Source of the DNA: Candidatus Sericytochromatia bacterium
Lineage (GTDB): Bacteria; Cyanobacteriota; Sericytochromatia; S15B-MN24; JAQBPE01
Direction of reading: 5' to 3'
Length of the DNA: 64,000 nt
NCBI GenBank assembly: GCA_040400605.1
Contig: JBBAPZ010000002.1
Span: 5,970 to 69,969, forward strand
Shown: one piece after another, positions 27,772 to 36,434 of the stretch
Position numbering within the stretch: the first letter of the stretch is position 1
How the letters are laid out: each line of letters begins with the position of its first letter
The notes under the pieces: model-generated
Told to the model about the DNA's origin: nothing
The model's database searches: none
Seen by the model: only the letters and a program-made list of their open reading frames with translations
Position numbers and translations under genes: made by a program

Positions 27772-29616
27772 TCAAACCGGCACACCCAAGCGCCGACGCA
27801 GTTGTTGGGCAACGGAACGTTGCTGGAAAGCAGGCAACGTCGGCTGACCCTGAATCCTTTGCATCAAGTCATCCTGCATTTCAGGTGGAAGAACCGATAA
27901 GACCATATCCGCGTAACCAGGATTCAAAGTACCGAGCACCGCTGCAGCCGTGGCGGGGCGCTCTTGCATCAACAGCTCCGCGACCGTATTGGGGTCAATC
28001 TGTTCCAAAAAGCCGAATGCTGAATCGCCACCGCTGGCCTCTGGCACCTGCTGGGTCATCTCGGCTGGTGCAAAGCCCGCCAACGCATTCGGGTCAAAGG
28101 CGGGGGGCATGCCGGGATCACCCAACGAATCCACCAATACGTCGGTCGTATCCTCCCTGCGAGACGCCATGCGAACCAACGCGAGCAAGAGGAATAGCAC
28201 CACGAAACCAACCGCCGCACCAATGATCCAGCTGGTAGGTATACCGCCATCTTTTTTCTTGGCATTGCTGGCGGCTGCGGTTTTGCTCTGTTCCTGCTGC
28301 TCGAGCAACTGTTTCAGCATGTCGGTTTGTGACGTATCAAAGGCGACGGGCTGTACCACGATTTGATCACCCCGGCCGCCGACATCCGCCCCAGCCGTGG
28401 CAGCAACAATCTGGACCAATGCCGGGACCCGTTCAAGGCTTAAACCTTGAATCAACGCCGTCACCGACATGCGCTTGACGGTCCCGATTTCTTCTTCGGT
28501 CAAGGTATCGTTCATACTCCAGTTGCTGTGTTGGGTATTCTCATAAGTCTTTTCAAACCCGCCGCTTCCGCTGCCCTGGTTCGGCAGCGATTCGAGCGGG
28601 TAACCGGGCAATCGTGGCAGATTGCCGGTCACACCCGTAATGTTGCCTTGGGTCGCGCCCCCATTATTGGATTTCTCCGTGCTTTTGGTGGAATTTGCCG
28701 GATAGACGCGACCTGTACCGTCAGCTGGGGGGGCAAACAGCCGGGTTTTAGTTTTCTTTTGGGTAAAGTCAAGGTCGACCGCGACGCGAACGACCGATTT
28801 TCCTGGACCATACATTTTATCCAGCAAAGACTGCACCTTGACCTCGATGGCGGATTCCCGTTCGTGTGTGAGCATCATCTGGCGATCCAACGCTTTGGCC
28901 AACAGGCGATCCGTCACATCACCCGCATTTTCGGTCATGCCGTCGGACAGCAACTTTCCTTGGTCATTCACCACGGTGACATTGTTGGTCTTAAGTCCGG
29001 GAACGGAACTGGCCACCAGATGTTGAATGCCCTCCACCTGCGCCTTGCCCAGTGACTTGTTTGGACTTTGTCGCACCATGACCGACGCGGTGGTCGGTTT
29101 GCGTTCCTCGGTGAACAACTGGTCCTCGGGCATGTTGATTAAAACGGAGGCACTATCCACCCCGTCAATCTTGCGCACGAGTCGGGCCAATTCACCGTTC
29201 AGTGCCCGGTTAAACGCGACCTTTTTTTCAAAGTCGGTTGAAATGAAACTGTTGGGTTTGTCACCGAACAACTGCGAAAATCCGATATCACCAGCTTTCG
29301 GCAATCCCTTCAACGCCAATTTGATGCGCGCTTCATCCGCCTTGGCACTGGGTACGGAGACCGCTGTTCCATCATTGACGATGTGAACGTCAATTCCTCT
29401 TTCCTTTAATTCTGCTGCCGCCTCTCCAGCCGTTTGAGGCTCCATGTTGCGAAAAATGACCGTGTAGCCCGGCTCAGCTGACCCTTCAACACCAGACTTG
29501 ATCGTATTTTGATTGCCCCGCGGGATAAAATTGGCGCCTACTGCCACCACGAGCAACATCAAGAGCAGTACGACGACAGCTTTGCCCTGTGCGGATAGCT
29601 CCTGGAAGAAATTCAC
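27772..29616 (-). CDS. fliF: Flagellar MS-ring protein FliF with extended C-terminus
   Basis: 614 aa. N-terminal TM helix, YscJ/FliF periplasmic ring-building domains, and a second TM helix (IIGAAVGFVVLFLLLALV). The cytoplasmic tail is 127 aa. Confidence 0.9.
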   Translation of the reverse strand: MNFFQELSAQGKAVVVLLLMLLVVAVGANFIPRGNQNTIKSGVEGSAEPGYTVIFRNMEPQTAGEAAAELKERGIDVHIVNDGTAVSVPSAKADEARIKLALKGLPKAGDIGFSQLFGDKPNSFISTDFEKKVAFNRALNGELARLVRKIDGVDSASVLINMPEDQLFTEERKPTTASVMVRQSPNKSLGKAQVEGIQHLVASSVPGLKTNNVTVVNDQGKLLSDGMTENAGDVTDRLLAKALDRQMMLTHERESAIEVKVQSLLDKMYGPGKSVVRVAVDLDFTQKKTKTRLFAPPADGTGRVYPANSTKSTEKSNNGGATQGNITGVTGNLPRLPGYPLESLPNQGSGSGGFEKTYENTQHSNWSMNDTLTEEEIGTVKRMSVTALIQGLSLERVPALVQIVAATAGADVGGRGDQIVVQPVAFDTSQTDMLKQLLEQQEQSKTAAASNAKKKDGGIPTSWIIGAAVGFVVLFLLLALVRMASRREDTTDVLVDSLGDPGMPPAFDPNALAGFAPAEMTQQVPEASGGDSAFGFLEQIDPNTVAELLMQERPATAAAVLGTLNPGYADMVLSVLPPEMQDDLMQRIQGQPTLPAFQQRSVAQQLRRRLGVPV

Positions 29617-29653
29617 CTGCTTACCCCGCCTGCGTGCTCACGTTACCGATGCA

Positions 29654-29995
29654 TCAAATCTGGGTCTGCAACAACTGATTGATTGACGTCGCGGCTTTGG
29701 ATACAACCGTCGATGTCACTTGCACCAGCACATCGGATTTGGCCACGGCGAGCATCATCGTGTGAACATCGACGGGCTTGCCGGCGGCGAAGTCCAGCGT
29801 GATTCGCTCTGCCGTCACTTTGCTCTCATTCACTTCCGTGAGGGCGTGTTGCAACGTTTCACCAAAGGAGCGCTCCCGGATGTCTTGCACGCCATCCAGT
29901 TCGGGGGCCCGCACGGAATGATCAAACTCGACTGAAAAAGCATCGAAAGGATCGATGCCGCCGACTCGTGACAAACCTTGAATTGATCCCACCAT
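29654..29995 (-). CDS. fliE: Flagellar hook-basal body complex protein FliE
   Basis: C-terminal VDVHTMMLAVAKSDVLVQVTSTVVSKAATSINQLLQTQI matches FliE. ATG at 29995 has AGGAG 8 nt upstream. The track start is 30013. Confidence 0.85.
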   Translation of the reverse strand: MVGSIQGLSRVGGIDPFDAFSVEFDHSVRAPELDGVQDIRERSFGETLQHALTEVNESKVTAERITLDFAAGKPVDVHTMMLAVAKSDVLVQVTSTVVSKAATSINQLLQTQI

Positions 29996-30031
29996 TGTGA
30001 GTCTCCTCGTCATTCCCCGATGGAAAAATGC

Positions 30032-30442
30032 TTACTTCCCAATTTCCATGGCCTTGTTCATCATGTTCTTGGCTGCGTTAGACACAGTAATATTGGCCTC
30101 AAAGGTGCGCGACGCTGCGATCATGTCAACCATTTCGTTGACAACGTTGACATTCGGCATTCGCAAAAAGCCACGCGCATCTGCATCAGGATGACCTGGA
30201 TTGTACACCAAAGGAAAGGGACTTGGGTCTTTTTGAATACCAACCGCCTCCACGCCGCGACTGTCGGCGCCGAGTTCATTCGCCAACATCTCCGCAAAGA
30301 CCGGCACTTCCCGTCGATACGGTCCACCTTCCGCCGAACGGGTGCTGTTCGCGTTGGCGAGGTTGTTGGCGATACGCTCCAACCAAAAGCGGTTGGCGGT
30401 CATTCCACTGGCGGCAATATCCATGACGTCACTGAGTGCCAC
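30032..30442 (-). CDS. flgC: Flagellar basal-body rod protein FlgC
   Basis: DIAASGMTANRFWLERIANNLANANSTR N-terminus and a conserved C-terminal ...SRTFEANITV. GTG start with AAGGGG upstream. Confidence 0.92.
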   Translation of the reverse strand: MALSDVMDIAASGMTANRFWLERIANNLANANSTRSAEGGPYRREVPVFAEMLANELGADSRGVEAVGIQKDPSPFPLVYNPGHPDADARGFLRMPNVNVVNEMVDMIAASRTFEANITVSNAAKNMMNKAMEIGK

Positions 30443-30459
30443 TCGGTATCCCCTTATGC

Positions 30460-30873
30460 TTACTTCGCCTGCGCGATGGTTCGCAGGAGTTGGAAATCTT
30501 TGGAAATGACGGCGGCAAGCGCATTGTATTTTCCGGCGTTCATTGCGAGTGCGCTCATTTCCAGTTCAACCGGCACCCGGTTGCCATCAATCCGCTGTGC
30601 CCCGTCATTGGCACGCCCCAGTACCGGTTGCCACTTGAGCAAGGCATCGGCGTGTGATTTTGACGACATATCCGCATCGACATTGGCATTGGCATCAAAC
30701 AATGCTTCTTGCTGGGTCAAGGCTTCGAGCAGGGATGCCTCGAAATTGACTTCTTGCCGCGCATAACCAGGGGTATTGATATTCGCGATGTTATTGGCGA
30801 TCGCATGAAGGCGCAAGCCCAAACCGTCCAGCGAGCGCTCAACGGCATGCATCATCGGCGAACTGATTTCCAT
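30460..30873 (-). CDS. flgB: Flagellar basal-body rod protein FlgB
   Basis: LRLHAIANNIANINTPGYARQEVNFE rod N-terminal motif. 137 aa. Confidence 0.9.
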   Translation of the reverse strand: MEISSPMMHAVERSLDGLGLRLHAIANNIANINTPGYARQEVNFEASLLEALTQQEALFDANANVDADMSSKSHADALLKWQPVLGRANDGAQRIDGNRVPVELEMSALAMNAGKYNALAAVISKDFQLLRTIAQAK

Positions 30874-30882
30874 TGCCCCCCC

Positions 30883-31596
30883 CTACCACGAAATAAAGTC
30901 GTCAATTGACTTTTTCTTGCCAAGTTTATGACGCAATTGCTCCAACGCCCGGCGATGGATCCGACTGACCCAAGACTCCGAAAGCCCCAACTTTTGACCA
31001 ATCTCCGCAAATGACATGTGGTGAAAATAATAATAGCGCAAAGTCGTCCGTTCTTGAATCGGTAACTGTTCCACCGCCAGTCGCAAGATTTGTTGCAGTT
31101 CTTCCAGCTCCAGTTCGTGCTGTACCGTGTCAGACTTGCCGAGCTGTTTCAATAAATTGAAGTCTTCCCCGTCATCGCCACTTCCGGCCGGGGCATCCAG
31201 TGACAAAACGTACGAGTAAGTGATTTGTGTCACTTTGCTACTCAATGCGACGGCGTCACTGCTCGCTTCATGTTCCGCGTCGACCTCATCGGGCTGCTTG
31301 ACCGTTTTGTTGGTCACGGTCGGCACTTTGGGCAAATTATCCAGAATGGCCCCTTTGATGTAATATGTGGCAAAGGTTTCGAACTTGACCCCCCGAGCGG
31401 GATCAAATCGTTCTGCGGCGGCCATCAAGCCCATCACGCCATCTGACACCAAATCCTCAAGGTCATAGTGTCGCGGCAATCGCGTCGACAATCGTCGCGC
31501 GATTGATCGGACCATTGGCATATACTTTTCGACCATGTCGGTTGACCGTGTCGATGTAACGGAATCCCCCGCCTCTGCAGCCTTTCTGGTCGTCAC
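30883..31596 (-). CDS. fliA: Flagellar sigma factor (sigma-28, FliA/WhiG group)
   Basis: Region 2 (DLVSDGVMGLMAAAERFDPARGVKFETFATYYIKGAILD). Region 4 HTH (MSFAEIGQKLGLSESWVSRIHRRALEQLR). Embedded in the flagellar operon. Acidic insert between regions 2 and 4. Confidence 0.85.
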   Translation of the reverse strand: MTTRKAAEAGDSVTSTRSTDMVEKYMPMVRSIARRLSTRLPRHYDLEDLVSDGVMGLMAAAERFDPARGVKFETFATYYIKGAILDNLPKVPTVTNKTVKQPDEVDAEHEASSDAVALSSKVTQITYSYVLSLDAPAGSGDDGEDFNLLKQLGKSDTVQHELELEELQQILRLAVEQLPIQERTTLRYYYFHHMSFAEIGQKLGLSESWVSRIHRRALEQLRHKLGKKKSIDDFISW

Positions 31597-31943
31597 TGGG
31601 CGCCTCCTTCCGGCGCCGTCACGCCAAGCCGAGCATCGAGCTGCGCATAGAGCGCATCTGATAGCGCATTGTTGCCACCCGAAGCCATCGCGCGCCCGGC
31701 TGACTGATCGAACAGGTACATAAATGATTCGAGATCCGCGCCCCCGAACAGCCCGCCCTCCTCATCCGTCAACGTGGTCTGTCGCATCGACTCGAATAAC
31801 TGCGAGTAGAGCAACGAAGAAAACTCGTCGCACTGTTGCCTCAACGCCTGCGCTTGTTCTTTACGGTCAGGCTTTTGGGGTCCCTCGGCGCGCAAGGGCA
31901 TCCAGTTTGTCATTGAGGGAATGGAATACATCGAATCCGCCAT
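31593..31943 (-). CDS. Rod-binding protein (FlgJ N-terminal domain only)
   Basis: 116 aa. CDEFSSLLYSQLFESMRQT...FMYLFDQSAGRAMASGG..LSDALYAQL fits the Rod_binding domain. No muramidase domain is attached. Confidence 0.65.
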   Translation of the reverse strand: MADSMYSIPSMTNWMPLRAEGPQKPDRKEQAQALRQQCDEFSSLLYSQLFESMRQTTLTDEEGGLFGGADLESFMYLFDQSAGRAMASGGNNALSDALYAQLDARLGVTAPEGGAQ

Positions 31944-31957
31944 AGGTCACTTATACC

Positions 31958-33112
31958 CTAGATCAGCTCAAGTTGCGCATTCAACGCACCTGCAGCTTTA
32001 ATGTTCTGGATGATGGAAATCATTTCGCGCGGTTTGACGCCCAGGGTGTTCAGCGCCTTGACCAGTTGTCCGAGGGTGGCACCGGATTGCAGCACCAGCG
32101 TTTTGGCGGGTTCTTCCATAACCGAAATGTTTGAGTTTCGAACGACGGTTGTCGTGCCCGTCGAGAAAGGCGCCGGCTGCGAGACGCTCGTTTTGGTCTC
32201 CACTTTGATGACCAGCGCACCGTGCGAGATCGCGACCGGATCGATGCGCGTGTTGGCGCCCATCACCACCGTGCCGCTGCGTTCCTCGATCACGACCTTG
32301 GCCACGTGATCCGGACGCACGGTTAACTGTTCGATGCGGGCGATGAGTTCGGGGACGCGATCGCGATAGGAGGACGTCACGTAACACTTTATCGTCCCTG
32401 CATCGAGCGGCGACGCCAATGCCAGACCACTCGCATTGATGGCTGCCGCACTGCGCGCACTGGTTGCAAAATCTGGATTCAACAGATTCAAGAAAAGATG
32501 TCCAGTCGCATCAACCACCGTGACGGGTACCTCACGCTCAACAATGCCACCATTGGGCACGCGTCCGACCAACACATTGTTTTTGGTCGTCGCGGACCCC
32601 GATGCCGTCGACTGAAATCCGCCTGTACTCACAGCACCCTGTGCCACCACGTAGGTGTGCCCATCAGCCGCACGCAGGGGTGACTGCAACAAGACACCAT
32701 TGGTGATGGCCCGCGCATCGCCGATGCTGGCCAAGGTGACATCCACTTGCTGGCCGGGCTTGACGAAAGGCGGCAGATTGCATGTGACCATCACCAAGGC
32801 TGTGTTGCGCGACAGAATCTGCCCTTGAAGTTCGGAAGGGGGGATGTTGTTGAGGCGTTGGATCACGTTTTCCAACGCACGATTAGTGACACGCATCTGC
32901 TGACTGTCACCCGTACCCGGCAAACCAACAACGAGCCCAAGACCCGTCACCTGGTTGGAGCGCGCCCCCTGAACCGTGGCCACATCCTTCAATCGGACCA
33001 ATTCATTGGTCGATGCCAACTGTGCCTGCGCGTGATTTGACTGCACAGCAAGCCAGCCAATCACAGCCAACCCAACCTTGAATTGCCAACTCTTCATTTC
33101 AAGGCCTTTCAC
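31958..33112 (-). CDS. flgI: Flagellar P-ring protein FlgI
   Basis: Signal peptide, RLKDVATVQGARSNQVTGLGLVVGLPGTGDS, and a conserved C-terminal LNTLGVKPREMISIIQNIKAAGAL. Confidence 0.93.
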   Translation of the reverse strand: MKGLEMKSWQFKVGLAVIGWLAVQSNHAQAQLASTNELVRLKDVATVQGARSNQVTGLGLVVGLPGTGDSQQMRVTNRALENVIQRLNNIPPSELQGQILSRNTALVMVTCNLPPFVKPGQQVDVTLASIGDARAITNGVLLQSPLRAADGHTYVVAQGAVSTGGFQSTASGSATTKNNVLVGRVPNGGIVEREVPVTVVDATGHLFLNLLNPDFATSARSAAAINASGLALASPLDAGTIKCYVTSSYRDRVPELIARIEQLTVRPDHVAKVVIEERSGTVVMGANTRIDPVAISHGALVIKVETKTSVSQPAPFSTGTTTVVRNSNISVMEEPAKTLVLQSGATLGQLVKALNTLGVKPREMISIIQNIKAAGALNAQLELI

Positions 33113-33115
33113 GTG

Positions 33116-33703
33116 CTACCACAGCCAGTTGAACAGCCGCGTCAACAAACCCGGCGTCGCTTTGGCCGTCGCTGGGCCCGAGCCTTTAACGTCCACGGTC
33201 ATATCGGCCACCCGGCTACTCTCAATGCGGTTGTCTGGTGAGATATCCAGGGGTCGCACGATGCCGCGGATGGTGATGTCGGTGTCCTCGTCATTGACCC
33301 GGATGTGCTTCGTGCCGACAACCCGCAACGTGCCATTGGGCAGCAATTCTTCAATGCGTGCGGTGACATCCATCTGAATGCGGCCATTGCGACTGGTCGT
33401 CCCTCGGCCCTGAAAGTCGTCCCGTCCACGCACCTCGATTTGATTTCGGACCACCTGTGGAATCAAGGCGCCAAAATCCCAATCGCTGCGTATGCGTGCG
33501 TCTTTGCTGCGATCCGTCGACGCACCGGATTCTGCGAGGTTACGCTCTGTAACAACAATCGTGATGAGATTGCCAACGCCGAGGTAAGGGCGTGTGAAGC
33601 TGGTCAGGTTTTCATTTGGACCACCTTCCACATATAACGAATCTGCACTGGCCGCCCCAGACAAGTTCACGATGATTGCAATTACAAACGCCATCCATTT
33701 CAT
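33116..33703 (-). CDS. flgH: Flagellar L-ring protein FlgH
   Basis: DSLY...VGNLITIVVTE... and RIRGIVRPLDISPDNRIESSRVAD are FlgH hallmarks. The signal peptide has LSGA where the LxGC lipobox is normally found. Confidence 0.88.
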   Translation of the reverse strand: MKWMAFVIAIIVNLSGAASADSLYVEGGPNENLTSFTRPYLGVGNLITIVVTERNLAESGASTDRSKDARIRSDWDFGALIPQVVRNQIEVRGRDDFQGRGTTSRNGRIQMDVTARIEELLPNGTLRVVGTKHIRVNDEDTDITIRGIVRPLDISPDNRIESSRVADMTVDVKGSGPATAKATPGLLTRLFNWLW

Positions 33704-34449
33704 TGGCTACCCTCCAAATCCAGACTCACGCGATTCGGTGCTACCACGCGCGCCATGAATTCCACCTTTGACTCGGGATTCGACACTTTGATCAACTGCC
33801 CCATAACCCCGTCCGTGCGCGCGATACCTTGCGCGATTACGGTCAAGTCTCCCGATGTGACCAAGACCGTGAGCGCATCGCCCGCTTTCACCATCCGCGC
33901 CAGGCGAAAAATCTTCGTTGTGAGTCGGGTGCCCATCGGGACCGCTTTTTGGAGTTCCAGCCCAACCAGTTGCTCAAGTTTGTAATTCCCCATGTCTGCC
34001 GTCTGCTTGATGACGTCTCGAACACTTCGGACATCCGCCTCAGTGAGCAAATGTCCGGCTTCCAGTCGCCGCGCGGCGATCAGCGCACTATGATACAGCG
34101 TCACGGACAACTTGGGGAAAATCGTTCGATAGCGCTGTCCATCGACGAACACCTGAATCGCAACATGCCCCCGCCCGGCAAGGTTCACCCCTTTGGCCAC
34201 TTCAAGCGTGACACGCCCTTCCGGTAACGTCGGCAACAAATTTGCAGCGCTAATATCCGCCCACTCGACTTCGACGTCCTGCCGCGGAAGCTGTAAACGC
34301 ATCATTGCCGCGTCGCGAACGAGATCGATAATTTGACGTTCCGATACAGGAGCCGCGTTTGCGCACAACGCGCTCCCCCAAGCCAACCCGAATGCGACCA
34401 ACGCCCAGATGCGGCTCACAAACACTCCCTCAATCGCTCCGCTCGTCAT
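33700..34449 (-). CDS. flgA: Flagellar P-ring assembly chaperone FlgA
   Basis: Signal peptide. SAF-like domain (LIAARRLEAGHLLTEADV) and C-terminal GDALTVLVTSGDLTVIAQGIARTDGVMGQLIKVSN. ATGA overlap with flgH. Confidence 0.75.
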   Translation of the reverse strand: MTSGAIEGVFVSRIWALVAFGLAWGSALCANAAPVSERQIIDLVRDAAMMRLQLPRQDVEVEWADISAANLLPTLPEGRVTLEVAKGVNLAGRGHVAIQVFVDGQRYRTIFPKLSVTLYHSALIAARRLEAGHLLTEADVRSVRDVIKQTADMGNYKLEQLVGLELQKAVPMGTRLTTKIFRLARMVKAGDALTVLVTSGDLTVIAQGIARTDGVMGQLIKVSNPESKVEFMARVVAPNRVSLDLEGSQ

Positions 34450-34510
34450 GATACACGTTAAGGTGCCAAACGCGCGATCATTAACCCGTCAAATCACCGT
34501 TTATTCCCGA

Positions 34511-35305
34511 TTAGCCCTTGATTAACTGGTTCGCCGACTCCATCATTTTATCAGACGACGAAATCGCTTTGGAGGCGGCATCGTAAGACTTTTGTGTTGT
34601 GATCATCGTGACCATTTCCGTCACGATATCCACATTGGATGTCTCCAGCATGCCCTGCTTGATAAGCCCGCGTCCTTCCAACGCTGGTCGCCCGATGACA
34701 GGTTCACCCGACGCGGGTGTCTGCTTGAGCAGGTTGTTGCCTGAGGCGGCCAGACCGGCTGGATTGGGGAAACGCGCGATGTTGATGACACCGACCTCTT
34801 CCTGTTCTGCCGACAACGGTCGACGCACCAGCACCAAACCATCCTCACGGATGTGGATATCCGTCGCATCGACCGGAATCTGAATCTGGGGAGACAGCAA
34901 CAAACCCGTCGACGTCACGATGTTGCGCTGCGCATCCAATTTGAACGACCCATCCCGGGAGTAAGCCTGCGTCCCATCCCGTTCTTGCACAATGAAAAAA
35001 TCATTGACCAAACCGATGGCATTTTGAGAGTTGTCGATCGCCAAATGCAACGGGTTATTGGTTACCTGCAAGGAGCCATGCGAGTACATCCTGGTCGTCG
35101 CCACCGGGCGCACGCCCCGGCCGACTTGAGACCCCGCGTTCTCAAGACCGGGTTGATTCAACGTCTGGTAAACCAGGTCCTGAAAATCAACCATGCTCTT
35201 TTTGAATCCCGTGGTGTTCACGTTGGCCAAATTGTTGGCGATGGTATCGATGCGCATTTGTTGCGCCTGCATGCCCGTCGCTGCCGTCCAAATTCCGTGA
35301 ATCAT
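34511..35305 (-). CDS. flgG: Flagellar distal rod protein FlgG
   Basis: ATG at 35305 with GAGGAG upstream. MIHGIWTAATGMQAQQMRIDTIANNLANVNTTGFKKS N-terminus. C-terminal LETSNVDIVTEMVTMITTQKSYDA. Confidence 0.92.
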   Translation of the reverse strand: MIHGIWTAATGMQAQQMRIDTIANNLANVNTTGFKKSMVDFQDLVYQTLNQPGLENAGSQVGRGVRPVATTRMYSHGSLQVTNNPLHLAIDNSQNAIGLVNDFFIVQERDGTQAYSRDGSFKLDAQRNIVTSTGLLLSPQIQIPVDATDIHIREDGLVLVRRPLSAEQEEVGVINIARFPNPAGLAASGNNLLKQTPASGEPVIGRPALEGRGLIKQGMLETSNVDIVTEMVTMITTQKSYDAASKAISSSDKMMESANQLIKG

Positions 35306-35371
35306 TCTTTTGCTCCTCAAGCGCCCACGCGACCTGATTATGTCCCAGTCACACGCCCAAGACTGTGACAC

Positions 35372-36106
35372 TTATTGCACGCGACCCAATTCGTTGGCCA
35401 CTTTGTTGAGTAAATTGTCCTGGGTGGTGATGGCTTTTTGACCAAACGAGAACGCCCGATTACCCGTCATCAGCGCAACCATCTCGGTCACCACGTTCAC
35501 GTTGGAGCCTTCGAGATAACCTTGCTTCACCTGAAATGCATCCGTTGTGACAGGCGCGAAACGCGCGCTCACCGGAAAATTGCCCGCACCCGGATTTGGT
35601 GCATCAACCACTTTCAATCGCCCCACTTGAGCGTTCCCCGAAAAAATTGTCCCGTCTTCCCGGATGCGAAACTCACCACCGGTCAGCGTGTTGATACGCA
35701 AAGGGTTGCTGTCCACCCCAAGTATCCGTTCACCTGTTTGTGTCGCCAAAAATCCGGCCGCGTCCAAAATGAAGTCGCCATTGCGTGTGGCCTGCACCCG
35801 ACCATCCGCAGCCAGTGTCTGAAAATAACCGTTTCCGGAAATGGCCACGTTCAAGGGGTTTTGCGTGCGTATCAATGCCCCTTGGCTCTCGTGTCGGGCC
35901 GTGCCGACAACCCGCGTGCCCAGCCCCACCCGGTCACCGGCTTGGAGATGCTCGAAACGGGTTACATAGTCGCCAAAACTTTCACCAACCAACATCGTGC
36001 GCTTGTAGCCAGGCGTACTGATGTTGGCCAAGTTTGCAGCCCCTTCCACGACAGCGGTGGCCTGGAAATTCATGCCTGATGCCGCGATGTACATTCCCTT
36101 TAACAT
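35372..36106 (-). CDS. flgF: Flagellar proximal rod protein FlgF
   Basis: MLKGMYIAASGMNFQ...LANISTPGYKR N-terminus. C-terminal GYLEGSNVNVVTEMVALMTGNRAFS. 244 aa. Confidence 0.85.
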   Translation of the reverse strand: MLKGMYIAASGMNFQATAVVEGAANLANISTPGYKRTMLVGESFGDYVTRFEHLQAGDRVGLGTRVVGTARHESQGALIRTQNPLNVAISGNGYFQTLAADGRVQATRNGDFILDAAGFLATQTGERILGVDSNPLRINTLTGGEFRIREDGTIFSGNAQVGRLKVVDAPNPGAGNFPVSARFAPVTTDAFQVKQGYLEGSNVNVVTEMVALMTGNRAFSFGQKAITTQDNLLNKVANELGRVQ

Positions 36107-36112
36107 GCCGGT

Positions 36113-36424
36113 TCAACTCCCCTTGTTTTTCTTCATCAAACGCCCCAGTCCCGTCGGCAACGGCTCATCCAGTCCGAGTATGAAATCCAGCACCTGCTCG
36201 CAGGCAGGAACAAGGACGGGGGGCACACTGCCTTCCGTATTTGGCGCGGACACATCCAGTTTTTTGCCACCCGCCGATGGCGATCGCTTGGGAATCAGAA
36301 AACTGATTTCCCCGGGCGGCGCATTCGGATCCAGGCGCACGGCAAACGGGTCATCCTCACGCGCCGTCCCTGCATCACCTTGCCGTCGCTTGCCACTCGA
36401 ACCGGTCCGGTCTTGTTCGCTCAC
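36113..36424 (-). CDS. Hypothetical small protein (weak call; faint FlhB-C/YlqH-like C-terminal resemblance)
   Basis: GTG at 36424 lies 6 nt after GAGGAA and 10 nt after the stop of the upstream FliK-like gene. 103 aa, Pro/Gly-rich. The tail VPPVLVPACEQVLDFILGL loosely recalls IPxxLYxAVAEILxFV. Confidence 0.3.
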   Translation of the reverse strand: MSEQDRTGSSGKRRQGDAGTAREDDPFAVRLDPNAPPGEISFLIPKRSPSAGGKKLDVSAPNTEGSVPPVLVPACEQVLDFILGLDEPLPTGLGRLMKKNKGS

Positions 36425-36434
36425 ATCACGTTCC

